A stretch of 64,000 nt of DNA from an uncultured Candidatus Saccharibacteria bacterium (GTDB lineage Bacteria; Patescibacteriota; Dojkabacteria; SC72): contig CAYOME010000001.1 in the NCBI GenBank assembly GCA_964405015.1, positions 77,611 to 141,610 on the forward strand, given 5' to 3'. Within the stretch, counting starts at the first letter, position 1. Each line of letters opens with the position of its first letter. A program made the position numbers and the translations under genes. Below, in pieces: positions 59,320 through 64,000 of this stretch. The notes under the pieces are model-generated. The model was not told the DNA's origin and did no database searches. It saw only the letters and a list, made by a program, of their open reading frames with translations.

Positions 59320-60138
59320 TTGAAAATATTCAATATCCTGGATAGGATATATATAATTAAATTTTTTAAACATAGTATGGATAAATACAAAAATCTAAGA
59401 ACCTACAACATAGTAATGGGGTTCTTTCACTTTGTACAAGCAGTACTCATGGTTGTACTAAGTAATGACTTTGCTCTACCTGTAGTTACAAATTACCTAA
59501 AGTTCAATACACAGACTCTCTCGTTACAACCATTAATGGAAAATCTAACAGACTTAAGAGTAGGGTATCTAGTAGCATCCTTCCTCTTCCTTTCATCCAT
59601 AGCCCACTTTACAATTTCCCTTCCTAAGGTATATGAATGGTATGTAGCAAATCTAAAAAAGGGTATCAACTATGCTAGATGGTATGAATATTCACTCAGT
59701 TCATCAGTAATGATTGTAGTAGTCGCTATGTTAGTAGGTGTATATGACCTAAGTACATTAATCCTTCTCTTCTTCATGAATATGATGATGATTCTCTTTG
59801 GATTGATGATGGAATTACATAACCAGACTACTAAAAAGACTGACTGGACATCATACATATTTGGATGTATTGCAGGAGCTATCCCATGGGTAGTAATTGC
59901 ATTGTATCTATTCGGGTCTGGTGATGGTGAGAACAAAGCTCCTGACTTTGTATATTGGATATTCTTTAGTATTTTTGTATTCTTTAATTCCTTTGCCTTT
60001 AATATTGTTCTTCAATACAAAAAGATTGGTAAATGGAGCGACTATACATTCGGAGAGAAGGTATATATATTACTAAGCCTTGTAGCAAAGACATTACTTG
60101 CATGGCAAGTATTTGCTGGAACATTAAGACCTGTATAA
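59320..60138 (+). CDS. Heliorhodopsin
   Basis: Seven TM helices. 'YNIVMGFFHFVQAVLMVVLSNDFALPV' matches the heliorhodopsin TM1 signature. The TM7 Schiff-base lysine lies in 'LLSLVAKTLLAWQVFAG'. Confidence 0.8.
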   Translation: MKIFNILDRIYIIKFFKHSMDKYKNLRTYNIVMGFFHFVQAVLMVVLSNDFALPVVTNYLKFNTQTLSLQPLMENLTDLRVGYLVASFLFLSSIAHFTISLPKVYEWYVANLKKGINYARWYEYSLSSSVMIVVVAMLVGVYDLSTLILLFFMNMMMILFGLMMELHNQTTKKTDWTSYIFGCIAGAIPWVVIALYLFGSGDGENKAPDFVYWIFFSIFVFFNSFAFNIVLQYKKIGKWSDYTFGEKVYILLSLVAKTLLAWQVFAGTLRPV

Positions 60139-60147
60139 GTATATATA

Positions 60148-60654
60148 GTGGGGAAATTAATAACCGTATTCGACAAAATGCAAAATGGCTATCAATATGA
60201 GCTTACAGAAGATATTGGTAGCCATTTTCATCCAGATTTCAAACCAGAGTTAACTCCTAAAGAAATGCTTGAATTAGGAGTATTTGGAGGCAAATATATG
60301 ACAGATTGTCAGAATGAATTCCCCAAAGAATGGTTTACTCATGCCAAGCTATCCCCTCTTAAAAAGAATATCTCTCTTAATTACTTTAAAGTAGATGCAA
60401 GTATGCCATTGTCATATTGGCAAGAAAAAGGTTGGATATATGAAGATGATCCTAGAGGATGGTTTCAATGGTATTGTAGATATTACATGGGTAGACGATT
60501 ACCAAAGGAAGATCAAAGACAGATTAAAAGATGGAAATCAATAACTAGACATGTACAAGCAGTAAAGAAAAATTGTAAGAGTGGAGATTTAGAATGTAGA
60601 AAAAAACAAAGACAAGCACTTCTACACTGGGCATATGATAGTAGAAAATATTAA
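60148..60654 (+). CDS. Conserved hypothetical protein co-transcribed with the heliorhodopsin
   Basis: Only a 9-nt gap after the heliorhodopsin stop. Trp/Arg-rich, with 'GWFQWYCRYYMGRR'. No known motif recognised. Confidence 0.45.
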   Translation: MGKLITVFDKMQNGYQYELTEDIGSHFHPDFKPELTPKEMLELGVFGGKYMTDCQNEFPKEWFTHAKLSPLKKNISLNYFKVDASMPLSYWQEKGWIYEDDPRGWFQWYCRYYMGRRLPKEDQRQIKRWKSITRHVQAVKKNCKSGDLECRKKQRQALLHWAYDSRKY

Positions 60655-60678
60655 TTTCTAGTACTCATACCCACCCCC

Positions 60679-61863
60679 ATGGTAAAATATTGGGATATGG
60701 AAAAAACAATATATTTAGACAACGCTGCTACTACAAAAATACACCTAGAGGTACTTGAATCAATGATGCCATATCTAACAGATACATATGGTAATCCATC
60801 AAGTATATATACCTTGGGTAGAAAAAGCAGAGAGGCTATAGATTTATCCAGAGACAAAATTGCAAAGATATTAAATGCAAAATCTTCAGAGATCTATTTC
60901 ACAAGTGGAGGTAGTGAGTCAGATAACTGGGGGATTAAGGGCGTTGCTTTTGCTAATGAGAAAAAAGGTAAACATATAATTACTACAAATATTGAACATC
61001 ATGCAGTACTTCATACTTGCCAATATTTAGAAAAATATGGATTTGAAATTACATATCTTCCTGTTAAAGAAAATGGAATAGTGGATATTAATGATCTAAG
61101 GAATGCAATTAGGGATGATACCATTCTTGTATCAGTAATGTTTGCAAACAATGAAATTGGAACAATCCAACCTGTTAAAGCAATAGGGGAAATTACAAAA
61201 GAGAAGGGGATATATTTTCATACTGATGCTGTACAAGCAGTAGGTAATATTCCAATTGATGTAGAAGAGTTAAATATAGATTTAATGTCACTTTCAGGTC
61301 ATAAATTTAATGGACCAAAGGGAGTGGGTATTCTCTACGTTAGAAGTGGAGTAAATATTCAAAGCTTAATACATGGAGGAGCTCAAGAGAGAAATAGGAG
61401 AGCTGGTACAGAGAATGTAGCAGGTATAGTAGGAATAGCTAAGGCATTAGAATTGGCAACTAAGGATATTGAAAAAAAGAATGAATACCTTTCTTCATTA
61501 AGAGATATGACAATACAAGGATTAATGAAAAGAATACCCGATACAATATTAAATGGTGATCCCAATCTTCGATTACCAGGGAATGTAAATGTCTGTTTTA
61601 AATATATAGAGGGGGAATCAATATTACTAATGCTAGATATGAAAGGTATATATGCTTCTAGTGGATCAGCATGTACCTCAGGATCCCTAGATCCTTCACA
61701 CGTACTTTTAGCAATAGGTAGACCTCATGAGATTGCTCATGGGTCCTTAAGGTTAACATTCTCAATGGAAAATACTAAAGAGGATGTAGAATATATATTA
61801 GATGTATTACCTCCAATTGTTCAAAGGCTTAGAGATATGTCTCCATTAATTTCTAAAGAATAA
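60679..61863 (+). CDS. nifS: Cysteine desulfurase (NifS/IscS)
   Basis: PLP-lysine motif 'SLSGHKFNGPKG' and active-site Cys in 'SSGSACTS'. Confidence 0.9.
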   Translation: MVKYWDMEKTIYLDNAATTKIHLEVLESMMPYLTDTYGNPSSIYTLGRKSREAIDLSRDKIAKILNAKSSEIYFTSGGSESDNWGIKGVAFANEKKGKHIITTNIEHHAVLHTCQYLEKYGFEITYLPVKENGIVDINDLRNAIRDDTILVSVMFANNEIGTIQPVKAIGEITKEKGIYFHTDAVQAVGNIPIDVEELNIDLMSLSGHKFNGPKGVGILYVRSGVNIQSLIHGGAQERNRRAGTENVAGIVGIAKALELATKDIEKKNEYLSSLRDMTIQGLMKRIPDTILNGDPNLRLPGNVNVCFKYIEGESILLMLDMKGIYASSGSACTSGSLDPSHVLLAIGRPHEIAHGSLRLTFSMENTKEDVEYILDVLPPIVQRLRDMSPLISKE

Positions 61864-61867
61864 TCAT

Positions 61868-62251
61868 ATGACAGGATACAGTGAAAAAGTTATGGATCAT
61901 TTTTTTAATCCTAGAAATGTAGGAGTAATAGAAGATGCAGATGCAATTGGTGAAGTTGGTAATCCTAAATGTGGGGATATAATGCGTATGTATTTAAAGA
62001 TAGAGAAGGATGTAATAGTAGACGTTAAATTTCAAACATTTGGATGTGGTGCTGCTGTAGCTACTAGTAGTATGGTTACTGAATTAATTAAGGGTAAAAC
62101 AATAGACGAGGCATTAGAGATTACAAATAAACAGGTAGCTGATGCATTAGATGGTCTTCCCCCAATTAAAATGCATTGTTCTAATCTTGCAGAATCTGCA
62201 GTTAAAAAAGCTATTGAGAATTATAAATCAAAGAATGGAAACAAAAAGTAA
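61868..62251 (+). CDS. nifU: Fe-S cluster scaffold protein (NifU/IscU)
   Basis: 'GNPKCGD', 'FGCGAA' and 'HCS' conserved Cys blocks. Confidence 0.85.
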   Translation: MTGYSEKVMDHFFNPRNVGVIEDADAIGEVGNPKCGDIMRMYLKIEKDVIVDVKFQTFGCGAAVATSSMVTELIKGKTIDEALEITNKQVADALDGLPPIKMHCSNLAESAVKKAIENYKSKNGNKK

Positions 62252-63302
62252 TAAAAAAGTAATGCTAGGAATGAGTGGAGGAGTAGATAGTTGTGTATCT
62301 GCATATCTACTTAAACAACAAGGATATGATGTAATAGGGGTACATATGCAAGTATGGACAGACACATCACATGATGATGGTTGTTGTTCTCTTTCATCAG
62401 TTGAAGATGCTAGAAGGGTAGCCAATTTAGTTGGTATCCCTTTCTATGTTTTTAATATGAAAGAGGATTTTCAGAAGTATGTAATTGAATATTTTGTAAA
62501 AGAATATGAATCAGGAAGAACACCAAATCCATGTATCGCTTGTAATAGGTATGTGAAGTTTGGAGCTTTGTTAGACAAGGCAAAGAGTATGGATATCGAA
62601 TATATATCTACTGGTCACTATGCACGTATAGAGGAGAAGGATGGGAGATATCTTCTTAAAAAGGCAGTAGATAGTAATAAAGATCAAACATATGTACTTT
62701 ACAACCTTACACAAGATCAACTCTCTAAAACGATATTTCCTTTAGGAGGATATATTAAAGAAGATGTGAGAAAGATAGCTAAAGAATTAGGTTTTTCTGT
62801 TGCTTCTAAACCAGATAGCCAAGAAATATGCTTTGTTACAGATAACGATCATAATAGATTCATCAAAGATCATACCGGGAAAGATCCTCTACCTGGAGAT
62901 TTTGTAGACATAGATGGGAATATATTAGGTAAACATGAAGGTATTACAAAATATACAATTGGTCAAAGAAGAGGGTTAGGTGTAGTTACTGGTAAACCTA
63001 TGTTTGTTCTTGATATAGATGCAACAAATAACCAGGTAATACTAGGAAGTAACGAGGATCTCTTTACAGATGAAATAGTTACAAACGATCTTAATTGGAT
63101 ATCGATAGGTGAATTAAAAGAACCAATGAATGTAAAAGCAAAGATTAGGTACAAAGCTACTGAGTCTGATGCATTACTAACACCAATTTCAGATACCGAA
63201 GTAATCGTAAAGTTCAAAGAAAAACAAAGAGCTTCTACCTCAGGCCAATCAGTCGTCTTCTACGATGGAGATACGGTAATAGGTGGTGGAATAATTGTAT
63301 AG
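62235..63302 (+). CDS. mnmA: tRNA 2-thiouridylase MnmA
   Basis: PP-loop 'LGMSGGVDS' and the 'CIACN' Cys block. The start is moved to the ATG at 62235 (METKSNKK...) rather than the track's 62151, which would overlap nifU by 100 nt. Confidence 0.85.
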   Translation: METKSNKKVMLGMSGGVDSCVSAYLLKQQGYDVIGVHMQVWTDTSHDDGCCSLSSVEDARRVANLVGIPFYVFNMKEDFQKYVIEYFVKEYESGRTPNPCIACNRYVKFGALLDKAKSMDIEYISTGHYARIEEKDGRYLLKKAVDSNKDQTYVLYNLTQDQLSKTIFPLGGYIKEDVRKIAKELGFSVASKPDSQEICFVTDNDHNRFIKDHTGKDPLPGDFVDIDGNILGKHEGITKYTIGQRRGLGVVTGKPMFVLDIDATNNQVILGSNEDLFTDEIVTNDLNWISIGELKEPMNVKAKIRYKATESDALLTPISDTEVIVKFKEKQRASTSGQSVVFYDGDTVIGGGIIV

Positions 63303-63383
63303 ATACAAGAGAAACTCTTCCTCCTTGCTTGTCCTCCTTTTGATGTGTTAACTTAGAGGTAGAATAATTTTAAGTATTAACAT

Positions 63384-64000
63384 ATGGAAGATATTTCCCT
63401 ATCAACTCCTGTAGTAGAACAGGAAAAAGGTAAGAAAAGTAAAACCTTACTCTTTATTTTCATTGCTACAACAATTCTATCCTTAATTGCATTAGTAACA
63501 TTAGGCTACCTGTATCTACAAGAGATGAAATCTCAAGGTAAAAATATTTTTACAATTAACAGTGTAGATCCATCTATAGCTAACAAGCTTTCAGGTGCAA
63601 TCGTGTATTCATCAGATAAAAGTGAAAACGCAGATTACTTCTCTCCATCATTGGAGTTGACATTTAAATACAATGAAAAGGTTTTAACAATGTCTGAAGG
63701 TTCTTCATATATCTCAGTTATGCCAAAAGAGTGGGAGATCTTTTCAACAGGATATCTTAAAACAACACCTACATCTGATATTAAAGGATTCTTCTTAGCA
63801 AACAACTTGTATACAGATTTAGAGGTAAAGAAAGAAGAAAATAAGGATGGTATTGGATATATACTTTTCTCCTATTCCCAGAAATCATTACTAGATGATT
63901 CTAAGACTACAAAGAGTCTTTCCGTTGTTTATAAACAGCTAGAGGAAGGTAAGAGTGCTTACTTTGAAATTAGAGAATATGACTACCAATCTAATACAGA
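63384..64000 (+). CDS. Membrane-anchored hypothetical protein, 3'-truncated by the window end
   Basis: Open frame from the ATG at 63384 to the window end with no stop codon (manually translated MEDISLSTPVVEQEKGKKSKTLLFIFIATTILSLIALVTLGYLYLQEM...). N-terminal TM helix. Confidence 0.45.
   Translation, partial: MEDISLSTPVVEQEKGKKSKTLLFIFIATTILSLIALVTLGYLYLQEMKSQGKNIFTINSVDPSIANKLSGAIVYSSDKSENADYFSPSLELTFKYNEKVLTMSEGSSYISVMPKEWEIFSTGYLKTTPTSDIKGFFLANNLYTDLEVKKEENKDGIGYILFSYSQKSLLDDSKTTKSLSVVYKQLEEGKSAYFEIREYDYQSNT

Noticed and set aside
62151-62234. Track start of the mnmA ORF at 62151, overlapping nifU by 100 nt
   Set aside because: The N-terminal 28 aa lie out of frame over nifU and lack any MnmA homology. 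The ATG at 62235 (METKSNKKVMLGMSGGVDS) gives the canonical PP-loop spacing.

Overview
This is a low-GC (~30-33%) bacterial window read in the standard genetic code, since the ORFs of 1,500 and 2,200 codons are uninterrupted. No Shine-Dalgarno sequences are visible, and several genes have a TATAAT-like hexamer immediately upstream of the start codon, which suggests leaderless or short-leader mRNAs. The gene content points to an uncultivated monoderm or Patescibacteria-like bacterium: giant beta-helix/PKD/FN3 surface proteins, NagZ, an MBOAT/SGNH pair, an RRM protein, a heliorhodopsin and a glmS ribozyme.

The flanks look like core genome:
- glmS is preceded by a recognisable glmS ribozyme.
- Other flanking genes include a LemA-DUF2207 pair, an ABC exporter, an M16-like peptidase, dCTP deaminase, a Na/Pi cotransporter, heliorhodopsin and nifS-nifU-mnmA.

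The centre (~16.08-38.55 kb) is a ~22 kb genomic island inserted at the 3' end of tRNA-His(GTG). It carries:
- two large serine recombinases;
- a complete Type III R-M system arranged HTH-mod-res;
- a SpoVG-like protein and a DUF4238 protein;
- a protein with a PD-(D/E)xK-like motif (a possible nuclease);
- an MmeI-family Type IIL R-M enzyme embedded in a four-gene operon with three uncharacterised proteins, one of which has a C-terminal Rx4H (HEPN-like) motif;
- a conspicuous GC-rich ~105-nt element made of three perfect hairpins plus a possible pseudoknot, sitting directly upstream of an uncharacterised HAD-like / alpha-beta-hydrolase operon.

The island's right junction is tentatively marked by a 9-bp direct repeat of the tRNA 3' end. 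No CRISPR array and no transposase are present.
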